This document shows, piece by piece, positions 19,835 through 27,531 of a stretch of DNA of 64,000 bases. Source of the DNA: a virus. Taxonomy: Duplodnaviria; Heunggongvirae; Uroviricota; Caudoviricetes. The notes below the pieces were generated by a model. It did no database searches. It was not told the DNA's origin and worked only from the letters and a program-made list of their open reading frames with translations. The position numbers and the translations under genes were made by a program. The stretch's first letter is position 1. Every line of letters begins with the position of its first letter. The stretch is taken from the IMG/VR virus record IMGVR_UViG_3300001605_000009; one strand, given 5' to 3'.

Positions 19835-20143
19835 TTACTCGAATGTGCCGCAATCAAGCGGTCCTGAGATATCCGTTGCCGGAATATCTGAAACTGCGGT
19901 GAAAGCGTCCTGCCCCACACCTTTAATATATCCTGTGAACTGTGTTCCACCTGTTCCTCCTTGAGGAACCTGTGACACATCATTCGTTTTTACAAACGAC
20001 GAATAGCCGTCGGGATCAGTCCCGACGGCTAGTCTATCTTCATCTGTAATTAAGTAAGGCTCGCCGTCTTTTAGTTGTCCGGCTGCCTTAGCAGCCTCTA
20101 TCTGAGCGCGCGTACCTCGTTTTATCTGTATAGTATGTACCAT
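19835..20143 (-). CDS. tail-fibre-like paralog
   Basis: The N-terminus MVHTIQIKRGTRAQIEAAKAAGQLKDGEPYLITDE is the same N-terminal box. Confidence 0.5.
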   Translation of the reverse strand: MVHTIQIKRGTRAQIEAAKAAGQLKDGEPYLITDEDRLAVGTDPDGYSSFVKTNDVSQVPQGGTGGTQFTGYIKGVGQDAFTAVSDIPATDISGPLDCGTFE

Positions 20144-20190
20144 AGGTCACTATAACGTACCGAAGAGTACGTGCTTGCTTTTAAGCAGTG

Positions 20191-20376
20191 TTAGCGCTTG
20201 GCCCCAGCAGAACATACAATAATATGCAACCAAAACGCTGCGGCCCAGTTCCAGAAGGTCAGGGCGATCGAGGTATTAAATAGGTGATTAATCGCTAGAA
20301 TGCTCAGCCAGGGAGCAACCACGAACAATCCAATAAGAGCTGCAATGAAAGCTGTGATAAGTAAAGATTTTAACAT
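20191..20376 (-). CDS. small membrane protein with two transmembrane segments (holin-like topology)
   Basis: A 61-residue hydrophobic protein with a consensus promoter and ribosome-binding site upstream. Confidence 0.4.
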   Translation of the reverse strand: MLKSLLITAFIAALIGLFVVAPWLSILAINHLFNTSIALTFWNWAAAFWLHIIVCSAGAKR

Positions 20377-20432
20377 ATTTTTTATACCTCAAAATGGTTT
20401 GAAAGTCAAGCTATTTTTTAACGGGTCTAGGA

Positions 20433-20816
20433 CTAAGTAAGTTTGACTGGAAGCTCTGTGAGAGCCAAGTCCCTGTCTAGGAACTTATATTCAATCTTAT
20501 TTGGCTTGAAGAATTCTGTGATCTTACTAGCAACTAGAGGTACGTCAATCCATGAGCAAGAGTATAAGTCTAGCTGCAGAACTGTATTGTCGTCGTCCTC
20601 AAATGTGTGAAGCATTACGTGCGAAGTACTTAGGATAGCACCTGCAGTAATTCCTGTATTACCAGGCATTGTACTATAGATTGAGAAGGGACCAGACAGA
20701 ATCTCCATTGAAATAGCCTCAATAAGATTTGCTAGCCATTCCGTAACGCTGTGCTGGTCCCTGATTGCAGATTCTAGTTCTGCTCTAACTAGTAGATGTT
20801 CGTGCTTTAAAATCAT
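20433..20816 (-). CDS. S-adenosylmethionine decarboxylase proenzyme-like protein (pyruvoyl-dependent, SpeD/SpeH class)
   Basis: ILSTSHVMLHTFED resembles the ESH(I/L)SIHTWPE self-cleavage region, and LDLYSC resembles the VDVFTCG motif. Confidence 0.45.
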   Translation of the reverse strand: MILKHEHLLVRAELESAIRDQHSVTEWLANLIEAISMEILSGPFSIYSTMPGNTGITAGAILSTSHVMLHTFEDDDNTVLQLDLYSCSWIDVPLVASKITEFFKPNKIEYKFLDRDLALTELPVKLT

Positions 20817-21508
20817 TATCTTCCTTCGAGAAACTTTGGAAAGCTTGCTCGGTATGGACGGTAAACATCCACACCATATTTATTAAGATGATCTAGTGCT
20901 GCTAGATCATAGGCGTAAGCCCCATCGTAATAACCTCCGTAGCCTTCCATCCGGTGGCCTTCAGTATTCTCGATAGGTTCAATAACATATACTTGATAGT
21001 ATTTGTTTTCTGGATCGGAAGCCTTTCGCTCCTCTCGTACAATGCTAAGAGCATTACGCTTAGAATTCCAAACGATCTCACCACGAATAAATGTCTCTCG
21101 TAGGCACTGTTCTGGAATGAGATCGGGAAGCCAGTAACTGCTTCCAACACTTGGACAAGGTACACCTACATTGTCAACAACGTCACGAACAAATCCTGGA
21201 GAACGGAATAATCTCTTAGAGATCTCAGCAACAGAGTCTCCGTCTAGAAAACTCTCGATGATAGCTTGAATCTCGTAAGGAGTAGCTGGTTTGCCACGAT
21301 TGGCTGCACGCCGACGTTGCTGCTCAGCCTGCTCCTCACGAAAAGTATCAAGAATCTTTGTTAGACGAGTAGTATTGTATGAGATATTGAGAATCTCGCA
21401 AGCTTCTTTCTTCGAAATAGGCTTGTCAGCCTCTAGAAGTTCGATAACTTTCTTGATATTAGTCTCGGTAAGGTTCTCATGCTCCTTAGCCTTTACTTTG
21501 CTTGCCAT
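20816..21508 (-). CDS. hypothetical protein with N-terminal helix-turn-helix motifs
   Basis: The motifs ISKKEACEILNISYNTTRLTKIL and SVAEISKRLFRSPGFVRDVV are present. Confidence 0.4.
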   Translation of the reverse strand: MASKVKAKEHENLTETNIKKVIELLEADKPISKKEACEILNISYNTTRLTKILDTFREEQAEQQRRRAANRGKPATPYEIQAIIESFLDGDSVAEISKRLFRSPGFVRDVVDNVGVPCPSVGSSYWLPDLIPEQCLRETFIRGEIVWNSKRNALSIVREERKASDPENKYYQVYVIEPIENTEGHRMEGYGGYYDGAYAYDLAALDHLNKYGVDVYRPYRASFPKFLEGR

Positions 21509-21703
21509 ACAACTCTCCCTTTAAAGACAAATTATACTATCAAACCAATGGATTGTCAAGTTAAATTTTGAAGATCCTAAGGACTTCATCGTCTAGATCG
21601 TAGTCTAGCATGTCTCCATCTTCCCAATCCAGATTGCGCATCATGCTCTCTGGAATGGTAATAAAGTGTTCGTCTAACTCGGAATCGTATTCAATTTCCA
21701 CTA

Positions 21704-22498
21704 TCATGCTCCAAGCGCTTCTTCAATTCCTGGGAAGCGCTGCTTTATAATGTCCCAACACTGGTCTGCTACAATCATGTGCTCTAGCTGAGTTCCATTC
21801 GACCGTCTTAGTTGGCAGTAATGAATCCAAGATCGTAGCGTGCCAGCCATAATAATAGTTGATTTTGTACAGCCTTCTGGAAGTACGGCCCGTGCTTGCT
21901 CCTTGGCAATCCCACGATCTGTAGCCCACTTATACGCGAAGTCTGCGGCATTAATTACTGACTTCTGAACAACGTCCCATTCGTCTGCTAGCCGATTCTC
22001 GTCTGGAGAAAGCTTTACAGAGTTCTGTCGGTTCTTCTTATCCTGTAGTCGGGCTTCTCGAAGTATATATCCTAGATCCTTGGTAGGATCAGCGTAGCGC
22101 TGGCTATATTCTTGAAAGCTAAAGCTACGGTGACGTAGCATCTGACGCGCAATGTCCCGAGTTGTCTTAATCTCAATAGACAGAGAAACCATTTCTAGTG
22201 GAGACCAGTGATTTTCTCGAACAAGATACTTTACCAGCTTTGGGCCTGTGGCAGTGTTATTTTGATTAGACGGATTAGAAACCCGCGCAACCCACGCTAC
22301 CAGCTCTTCGGCTGTACTACAACCTGTGTACTCGGTAGGTTGCGAAATACTGATTAAATTTGCTTCACTCAACGTTGAAACTCCATGTATATAAGAAGGC
22401 AAAGGACTACCGCCCAAATACTCGTAGGTACTTGAGACAGCAGTCCTAGCAGGATTAAAATTAATATGATTGGTATCATCTACCAGAGATTCTCCCAT
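21704..22498 (-). CDS. thyX: flavin-dependent thymidylate synthase ThyX
   Basis: ThyX signature RHRSFSFQEYSQRY (RHRx7-8S). Confidence 0.85.
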   Translation of the reverse strand: MGESLVDDTNHINFNPARTAVSSTYEYLGGSPLPSYIHGVSTLSEANLISISQPTEYTGCSTAEELVAWVARVSNPSNQNNTATGPKLVKYLVRENHWSPLEMVSLSIEIKTTRDIARQMLRHRSFSFQEYSQRYADPTKDLGYILREARLQDKKNRQNSVKLSPDENRLADEWDVVQKSVINAADFAYKWATDRGIAKEQARAVLPEGCTKSTIIMAGTLRSWIHYCQLRRSNGTQLEHMIVADQCWDIIKQRFPGIEEALGA

Positions 22499-23066
22499 TC
22501 TGTTGCGCTACTAGATCGTCGTCCCACCAGTCTGGTTTACCGCGACGCTTCCATGAAGCAAACGGACCCTTGTCTAGCATATAGAACTTACGATATGACG
22601 CAACGGCGTCATCGCTTTTAAGCTCGTCTGGCATAGCAAGTGTAGGTCTAGTCCACCCAACATTGGGAAGTCTAGTTGGCTCTGGCATTCGGTTTACCTC
22701 GGCACAAGAGGCGTGAGTCTTGTTACCTCGCCACATAGTCTCTTCGTTGAGAGCATTGACGTAGCAGATTATCCAATAGTGGTGATCTAGGCTACTACGT
22801 GCCCAAATAGCGCTGGGATGATTGATGTGAGTAGGGAGATATCGAGTGAATACACGATCGTCAATACTCGGTTCATTACGCTTAGCATCATTTATAACTC
22901 CTAGTTCTTCGCTTGTTAACTTACGTGGTACGTACCCAATATGCTTGTCAACCCATAATGTAGTTGTCATAAGCTGAGCAGCCTCAAGCTGCATCTTACC
23001 TACATGCTTGTCAATGTGATATTCAGCACATTTATCTACGTCATGGTCCAAATAAAAGAGATTCAT
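22476..23066 (-). CDS. hypothetical protein
   Basis: ORF only. Confidence 0.35.
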   Translation of the reverse strand: MNLFYLDHDVDKCAEYHIDKHVGKMQLEAAQLMTTTLWVDKHIGYVPRKLTSEELGVINDAKRNEPSIDDRVFTRYLPTHINHPSAIWARSSLDHHYWIICYVNALNEETMWRGNKTHASCAEVNRMPEPTRLPNVGWTRPTLAMPDELKSDDAVASYRKFYMLDKGPFASWKRRGKPDWWDDDLVAQQNGRISGR

Positions 23067-23323
23067 TCAAAGAACACTTCTATTTCTCCAAGGACAACAA
23101 ATGGATAGACTGGCTTCACAGATCCATGTTCTAGAATGTTATACACGAAGTCTTCATCCTCTTCGTCATAGACTGTATAAGAAGACCAATCAATATCGGG
23201 AACGAAATTCTCTTCGCACTCATTTAGAAAGTGAAATAACCCAGCATTGGTAGTATATAAGGTATCTGAGTACCTCCAAGGCTTATAACAGGCTGTCTTA
23301 CGAATTATATATAGTTCCTGCAT
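23063..23323 (-). CDS. hypothetical protein
   Basis: ORF only. Confidence 0.3.
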   Translation of the reverse strand: MQELYIIRKTACYKPWRYSDTLYTTNAGLFHFLNECEENFVPDIDWSSYTVYDEEDEDFVYNILEHGSVKPVYPFVVLGEIEVFFE

Positions 23324-23326
23324 AAA

Positions 23327-23635
23327 TCACCAATTGAAGTAAGAATTAGACTCGGTATGATCCAGTACAGTGATAGGGTACTTATGTACAAACGTTTCTA
23401 GATACTCTAAGGCATCGCCTAGGCTCATAGTTTCGTCAATAGGCTCCGGGCTATAGGGTAGCTGCCAGTCTAGGCAACTATGTGCTACCCTCAAGTCCTC
23501 TTTTAGTTCTTCACTAAAGTCGGAGTAGGTTTGCTTACCTTGTCCAAAGGCGTCAAATAATGCCTTACTCTTAGTGTAAACAACTCGTTGACCATCCCAC
23601 TCTGGTCCAAAGCGGCATAGAATCGAATAATACAT
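23327..23635 (-). CDS. hypothetical protein
   Basis: ORF only. Confidence 0.3.
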   Translation of the reverse strand: MYYSILCRFGPEWDGQRVVYTKSKALFDAFGQGKQTYSDFSEELKEDLRVAHSCLDWQLPYSPEPIDETMSLGDALEYLETFVHKYPITVLDHTESNSYFNW

Positions 23636-23690
23636 CAGTAATTCCTTTCAAATAGACATTACCAAATTAATAAAGGCAAGTCAATACAAA

Positions 23691-23972
23691 TTATTGACTT
23701 GCCTTCTCAGCTTCTTTGAGCCGTTTATCTACTAGTAGCGCGTATCCTGCAAGATCGTGCCATGAGTCTGAGTATAGGGTTCCAATGGGGGCATTTAGAA
23801 TGCGTGCAATCTTATCCGCTATAGTTGTTAGTGCCTGTCGTTCATCAGCTAGTAAATGATTCCAGTTTGTATTAGATCGCATTACGTCTTGAAGAGCCTG
23901 TGCAATCGTAGCGTGGTCCATAAAGGTTCCATACCGCGCTCCACGCTCTTCTAATGTCTTATCTACAGACAT
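23691..23972 (-). CDS. hypothetical protein
   Basis: ORF whose stop lies inside a palindromic hairpin with a T-tract at 23676-23704. Confidence 0.35.
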   Translation of the reverse strand: MSVDKTLEERGARYGTFMDHATIAQALQDVMRSNTNWNHLLADERQALTTIADKIARILNAPIGTLYSDSWHDLAGYALLVDKRLKEAEKASQ

Positions 23973-24247
23973 TTAATCTCCTTGCCGTTGTTAATTGCAT
24001 CCTTGACGCAATTGTATAAATCAATTAATTTGTTTTTTTGGTGTGCTTCAGCATTATACTGCATATCAGAAGCTGCGCCATCTAGTACAAGAGCACCCAT
24101 TGAAGGATCTGTTAGCTGCGGCAGTTGACCTGCTTTCTCTGATAGACCAGGTGGAATATCAGGAATTCGTACTGGTTTTGCTAAGCCTGTGTCCAAGGTC
24201 TTACAGCAACCTCCTAGTAGTAATACCGATAGTAATAATACTTTCAT
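23963..24247 (-). CDS. outer-membrane spanin (o-spanin, lipoprotein)
   Basis: Signal peptide with lipobox LLGGC, Pro-rich, and a start that overlaps the end of the upstream inner-membrane spanin gene by 4 nt. Confidence 0.55.
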   Translation of the reverse strand: MKVLLLSVLLLGGCCKTLDTGLAKPVRIPDIPPGLSEKAGQLPQLTDPSMGALVLDGAASDMQYNAEAHQKNKLIDLYNCVKDAINNGKEIKCL

Positions 24248-24684
24248 TTTACGTCTCCCAATACTACCTTAGCTGGGTACTGTGGACCTAGCTGACGTAT
24301 TGCGTTTCTATTGTCTAGTACTTCCTGATCCACTACACACGAAGTGTAAACTGGATTGTTCTTTACTATGGTTTGTAGCCGGTCACGATACACAGTCTCT
24401 GTCTTAACGCGCTTTAATGCTTCTTCTACGGCATTCTTGCCGAATGTAGAAACAACACTAACAATAAGAGCTTCAAATTCTCTGTTCTTAGCGTCTTCGA
24501 CGGCTACTCTGGCTTCCCACTTCGCTCGTTCTTCAAGAACACCCTTGTCATAGTACTTATCAGATACTACAAAGAAGGAAACTACTAGTCCTACTGTTGG
24601 TAGTAACCATTTCCAGTTATTACTTATAAAATTACCAATAAACTTGGTTCCACCAAGGAGGGCTAGGCCTATACTAGTTAACAT
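24244..24684 (-). CDS. inner-membrane spanin (i-spanin, Rz-like)
   Basis: An N-terminal transmembrane helix is followed by a coiled-coil (ERAKWEARVAVEDAKNREFEAL). It sits immediately upstream of the lipoprotein gene. Confidence 0.55.
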   Translation of the reverse strand: MLTSIGLALLGGTKFIGNFISNNWKWLLPTVGLVVSFFVVSDKYYDKGVLEERAKWEARVAVEDAKNREFEALIVSVVSTFGKNAVEEALKRVKTETVYRDRLQTIVKNNPVYTSCVVDQEVLDNRNAIRQLGPQYPAKVVLGDVK

Positions 24685-24712
24685 TTAACTTCTCTAGGCC
24701 TGAGCCTCTTGC

Positions 24713-25003
24713 TTAATAGCAGTTATCGCACTTTGGAGATTCAAAGACTTTTCGTGAGGCTGGTTGGCCGCAGTCACCACAGATAGCTGCTGACATTTCT
24801 CTAGCAAACATGGCGAAAGCATCTGTTATCTTGCTTCCACCTGCATAGGTAATCTGTAGTAGCCCGTGGTGAACGTCAAATTGAACTTCACCTTGTACTG
24901 GAATACCCCTGTTAAATTCTACGTCGTATTCGGACATTGTAACAAAGGCGGAAATAATTGGTTCCCAACTAGTTGGTACCTCCTTACTTACATAGACTTG
25001 CAA
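24713..25003 (-). CDS. hypothetical protein
   Basis: ORF only. Confidence 0.3.
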   Translation of the reverse strand: MQVYVSKEVPTSWEPIISAFVTMSEYDVEFNRGIPVQGEVQFDVHHGLLQITYAGGSKITDAFAMFAREMSAAICGDCGQPASRKVFESPKCDNCY

Positions 25004-25397
25004 GGTACTTTTCCTTATTATCAGAAGAGAAATAAATACGCTCTTCTTCTTCAGAGAGAGGTCTACTCATTGGAGTATTCTTCTCGTCCCTCCAACACAG
25101 ATGGTTGGTATTCTCAAAAGGTATAAGCCAAGGTGTCATTAATTTCTCCGTGTAAGTGCGGCGGGTTCTGTTTCTAGGTTCCGCCAGACCCAAGAAGAAT
25201 CAAGCTACTAGAGCTAGACCTTCAAATGCTGAGTTATCGTTAGCATTTACTTTTTGTGGCTCTTTGCCAGTCAATAGTCTCGGCGTTCCCTATTACACGA
25301 AAATCGATCCCTGGTCGCCCCCATCATAGAATATCGGACTGTGTAGGTACCAATACACGAGACACTGATAAACGGTCAGGCTCTTCCCAATATTCTA

Positions 25398-25425
25398 TGG
25401 TGGAGGCGGCGGGAATTGAACCCGC
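25398..25425 (-). ncRNA. tRNA/tmRNA 3'-end-like element (T-arm, acceptor 3' strand and CCA) with no matching 5' half
   Basis: The minus strand reads GACGCGGG-TTCAATT-CCCGCCGCCTCCACCA. This matches the 3' end of bacterial tmRNA and tRNA closely. No complementary GGAGGCG was found within plausible distance. Confidence 0.4.
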
Positions 25426-25454
25426 GTCTTTTCGTCTTTATTGTCGGCTGTCAG

Positions 25455-25497
25455 CGACTATATACTCGTTATAACAAAAGTTACAACAAAAGTCAAG
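25455..25497 (-). promoter_or_regulatory. sigma70 promoter (TTGACT, 17-nt spacer, TATAAC) firing into the tRNA/tmRNA-like fragment
   Basis: The minus strand reads aaaaatatttcTTGACTtttgttgtaacttttgtTATAAC, about 45 nt upstream of the fragment. Confidence 0.5.
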
Positions 25498-25732
25498 AAA
25501 TATTTTTCAAGCGTTCGGCCTTAGCACGAAGATGCTCAGCTGGGGACATTCCGTAGTCCTGATGGTTAACAGAAATATTCGCTAGTACAAATCCAAGGTC
25601 TTTTCGCTCCTGATAGAACTGCTCACGCATCTTTCGCTTACGCTCTAGCTTCTGCTCACGAGTTTCTAGATTTGGGAAGTTGACTTGTCCGTTGGACTTT
25701 TGCTTCTGTACGACCTGTTCTGCTTCCTGCAC
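25493..25732 (-). CDS. hypothetical basic protein
   Basis: ORF with the promoter at 25830-25870 upstream. Confidence 0.4.
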   Translation of the reverse strand: MQEAEQVVQKQKSNGQVNFPNLETREQKLERKRKMREQFYQERKDLGFVLANISVNHQDYGMSPAEHLRAKAERLKNIS

Positions 25733-25829
25733 TTATAATCTCCTCTATTGTTCTACCACATCCTAGACATGTATTGGTTGACCTTTCTAGTTCACACTTA
25801 TTTTGACATCTCTTTTCTGTCATTAGACT

Positions 25830-25870
25830 AATATAGAGAAGTTTAAATCAAAAGTCAACTACTAAATTTT
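25830..25870 (-). promoter_or_regulatory. sigma70 promoter with TTGACT, a 17-nt spacer and TATATT (the leftward member of a divergent pair)
   Basis: The minus strand reads aaaatttagtagTTGACTtttgatttaaacttctcTATATT. Confidence 0.55.
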
Positions 25871-25899
25871 CTTTACTAGGCAGCTTGGTTAACGAACCT

Positions 25900-25950
25900 A
25901 ACCTAAAATAGCTCTTGACTTTTACCTTAACTTACTCTATATTACTTAAA
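25900..25950 (+). promoter_or_regulatory. sigma70 promoter with TTGACT, a 17-nt spacer and TATATT (the rightward member of a divergent pair)
   Basis: The plus strand reads aaaatagctcTTGACTtttaccttaacttactcTATATT at 25915-25943. Confidence 0.6.
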
Positions 25951-26070
25951 TGCAGCACAAATGCTAAACTTAATTTACGAGAAGCACATTAAATGAAAAG
26001 TAACTTAAGCGCGTAACCCTGAAGGTTAGTATTTGTGCTGTTAATTATAACAACTAAAAGGAAATAACTC

Positions 26071-26280
26071 TTGGGTAAAAAGAAGTTGAGGTCAAAGACC
26101 TCGTCTAAAGGTGAGCGTCGCAACGTAGCCGGTAGTTTTCAATACTGGTCAGTGCTAGATCGCGCACTATTCAAAGCCAAAGCACAGGCTGCTGGTAAGC
26201 GAGTGTGCCATACTATTGCAAATCCAGATAAGTCAGCAACTAATATGCCGTTCATTAGGGTTTGTAGCAGTGGAAAGTAA
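26071..26280 (+). CDS. hypothetical small basic protein with a TTG start
   Basis: ORF with the ribosome-binding site aaaaggaaat upstream. The call is uncertain. Confidence 0.3.
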   Translation: MGKKKLRSKTSSKGERRNVAGSFQYWSVLDRALFKAKAQAAGKRVCHTIANPDKSATNMPFIRVCSSGK

Positions 26281-26467
26281 CATTGTAGAGTTCCGGCCTA
26301 AAGTGGCTGAAGTAGTAGAAGAGTATGATCCAGTAGTTGACTTTGTTCATAATAACCTACTACCGTGGGCTATGAGTAATAATCTGGATATTAACTCTAT
26401 GAAGTTCAAGCTAAATGGGGCCACTATTATGGCCTGCCTACAAGGGATGTTACTAGATGACGTTTAA
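26216..26467 (+). CDS. hypothetical protein
   Basis: ORF only. Confidence 0.3.
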   Translation: MQIQISQQLICRSLGFVAVESNIVEFRPKVAEVVEEYDPVVDFVHNNLLPWAMSNNLDINSMKFKLNGATIMACLQGMLLDDV

Positions 26468-26867
26468 TAAGTTACATGAGGATGCAATCATTCCTCAATA
26501 CCAAACTAAGGGGTCTGCTGGTCTAGATCTTCACAGTATTGAAGCAGCCACACTTCAGCCAGGTAAGTACACATTGGTAGCCACCGGGCTATCAATTGAC
26601 CTACCAGAGAACACAGAGGGACAGGTTCGGTCCCGCTCTGGCCTTGCGGCTAAGCACGGTGTACAAGTTCTCAATAGCCCTGGAACTATCGACGAGGATT
26701 ATAAGGGAGAGATCAAGGTCATCCTACATAATGCCGGTGATAGTGTCTTTTCTATTGAGAAGGGAGACAGAATTGCACAGCTAGTCATTGCTCCAGTTTA
26801 TAAACTGGAAGGTTATGCACTAGATAATACACGAGAAGATAAAGGATTCGGGTCAACAGGCTTATGA
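26457..26867 (+). CDS. dut: dUTP diphosphatase (dUTPase)
   Basis: All five dUTPase motifs are present: GSAGLDL, RSRSGLA, GTIDEDYKGEI, GDRIAQL and FGSTG. Confidence 0.9.
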   Translation: MTFNKLHEDAIIPQYQTKGSAGLDLHSIEAATLQPGKYTLVATGLSIDLPENTEGQVRSRSGLAAKHGVQVLNSPGTIDEDYKGEIKVILHNAGDSVFSIEKGDRIAQLVIAPVYKLEGYALDNTREDKGFGSTGL

Positions 26868-27058
26868 GAGTAGAAATTAGAAACAACAACGTCGAACGAG
26901 GAATGCAAGTACTCAAGCGTAAGCTAATTGACGAAGGCGTGTTTAAAGAAATGGCCGAGCGCAGGCACTATGAGAAGCCTAGCGACAAGAAGCGCCGACT
27001 AAAGCGCGCAGCCATCACCAGGGAGAGACGCAGGGAACGTAGTCGTAATGATGCGTAA
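26864..27058 (+). CDS. ribosomal protein bS21-like (phage-encoded S21 homolog)
   Basis: A 64-residue basic protein. VEIRNNNVERGMQVLKRKL...FKEMAERRHYEKPSDKKRRLKRAA aligns with the bacterial S21 pattern (V.VR.NE...AL.RFKR..EK.G...E.RRR.FYEKP...RKR.K). Its ATG overlaps the dUTPase stop codon. Confidence 0.65.
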   Translation: MRVEIRNNNVERGMQVLKRKLIDEGVFKEMAERRHYEKPSDKKRRLKRAAITRERRRERSRNDA

Positions 27059-27064
27059 AACTGA

Positions 27065-27403
27065 GTGGATCAATGCATAAATGAAGTAGTTAATACAGTA
27101 TACGCCGAAAGTAGGGGTACTGGTGAAATGGGAATGAAAGCTGTAGTTCATGTAATAATGAATCGCAGCAAAGATCAAAAAGTTAGGCCTTGCGTTATAG
27201 TAAGACAACCTAACCAGTTCGCCAGAGGTAAGAGTAGACCTAGTGATCCAGCATGGCAGATGGCCAAAAAGTTGGTTCTAGAGCCTGGTAAAGATATTAC
27301 TAGAGGTGCTCGTTACTTCCATAATCTTACGGTTAAGCCTAGTTGGAGTTATCGCTTTAGAGTGACAATGCGATTAGGTAGGCATATATTTTATAAACCT
27401 TAA
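27065..27403 (+). CDS. cell wall hydrolase, SleB/CwlJ family (candidate endolysin)
   Basis: VYAESRGTGEMGMKAVVHVIMNRS matches the Hydrolase_2 signature (AEARGE...A.V.NR). A GTG start is likely. A rho-independent terminator follows the gene. Confidence 0.65.
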   Translation: MDQCINEVVNTVYAESRGTGEMGMKAVVHVIMNRSKDQKVRPCVIVRQPNQFARGKSRPSDPAWQMAKKLVLEPGKDITRGARYFHNLTVKPSWSYRFRVTMRLGRHIFYKP

Positions 27404-27408
27404 AATTA

Positions 27409-27443
27409 GGCTCGAAGGGAAACCTTCGGGCCTTTTCTTTTAC
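27409..27443 (+). terminator. rho-independent terminator
   Basis: GGCTCGAAGG-GAAA-CCTTCGGGCC followed by TTTTCTTTT. Confidence 0.7.
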
Positions 27444-27487
27444 CCACACGTAACACCAAAACTCAAAAGATGTGCCTCCGGCGCAGC

Positions 27488-27528
27488 ATACAAATAAAGC
27501 CCGCTTCCAGTTAAGGAGGCGGGCTTTA
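27488..27528 (-). terminator. hairpin terminator for the minus-strand phosphoesterase gene
   Basis: The minus strand reads AAAGCCCGC-loop-GCGGGCTTT followed by ATTTGTAT. Confidence 0.5.
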
Positions 27529-27531
27529 TCG

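Noticed and set aside
20902-21929. Nested ORFs at 20902-21165 (minus), 21291-21524 (plus) and 21723-21929 (minus)
   Set aside because: They lie in alternative frames inside the gene at 20816-21508 and inside thyX, and have no independent support.
25256-25474. A plus-strand 72-residue ORF covering the tRNA/tmRNA-like fragment
   Set aside because: It spans the T-arm and acceptor mimic and the inverted repeats. There is no ribosome-binding site, and the translation reads through RNA-gene-like sequence.
25150-25800. A full-length tmRNA (ssrA) gene or a prophage attachment site on ssrA
   Set aside because: Only the last 30 nt or so resemble tmRNA. There is no 5' acceptor partner, no tag reading frame (no ...AA-stop resume region found), and no integrase anywhere in the window.
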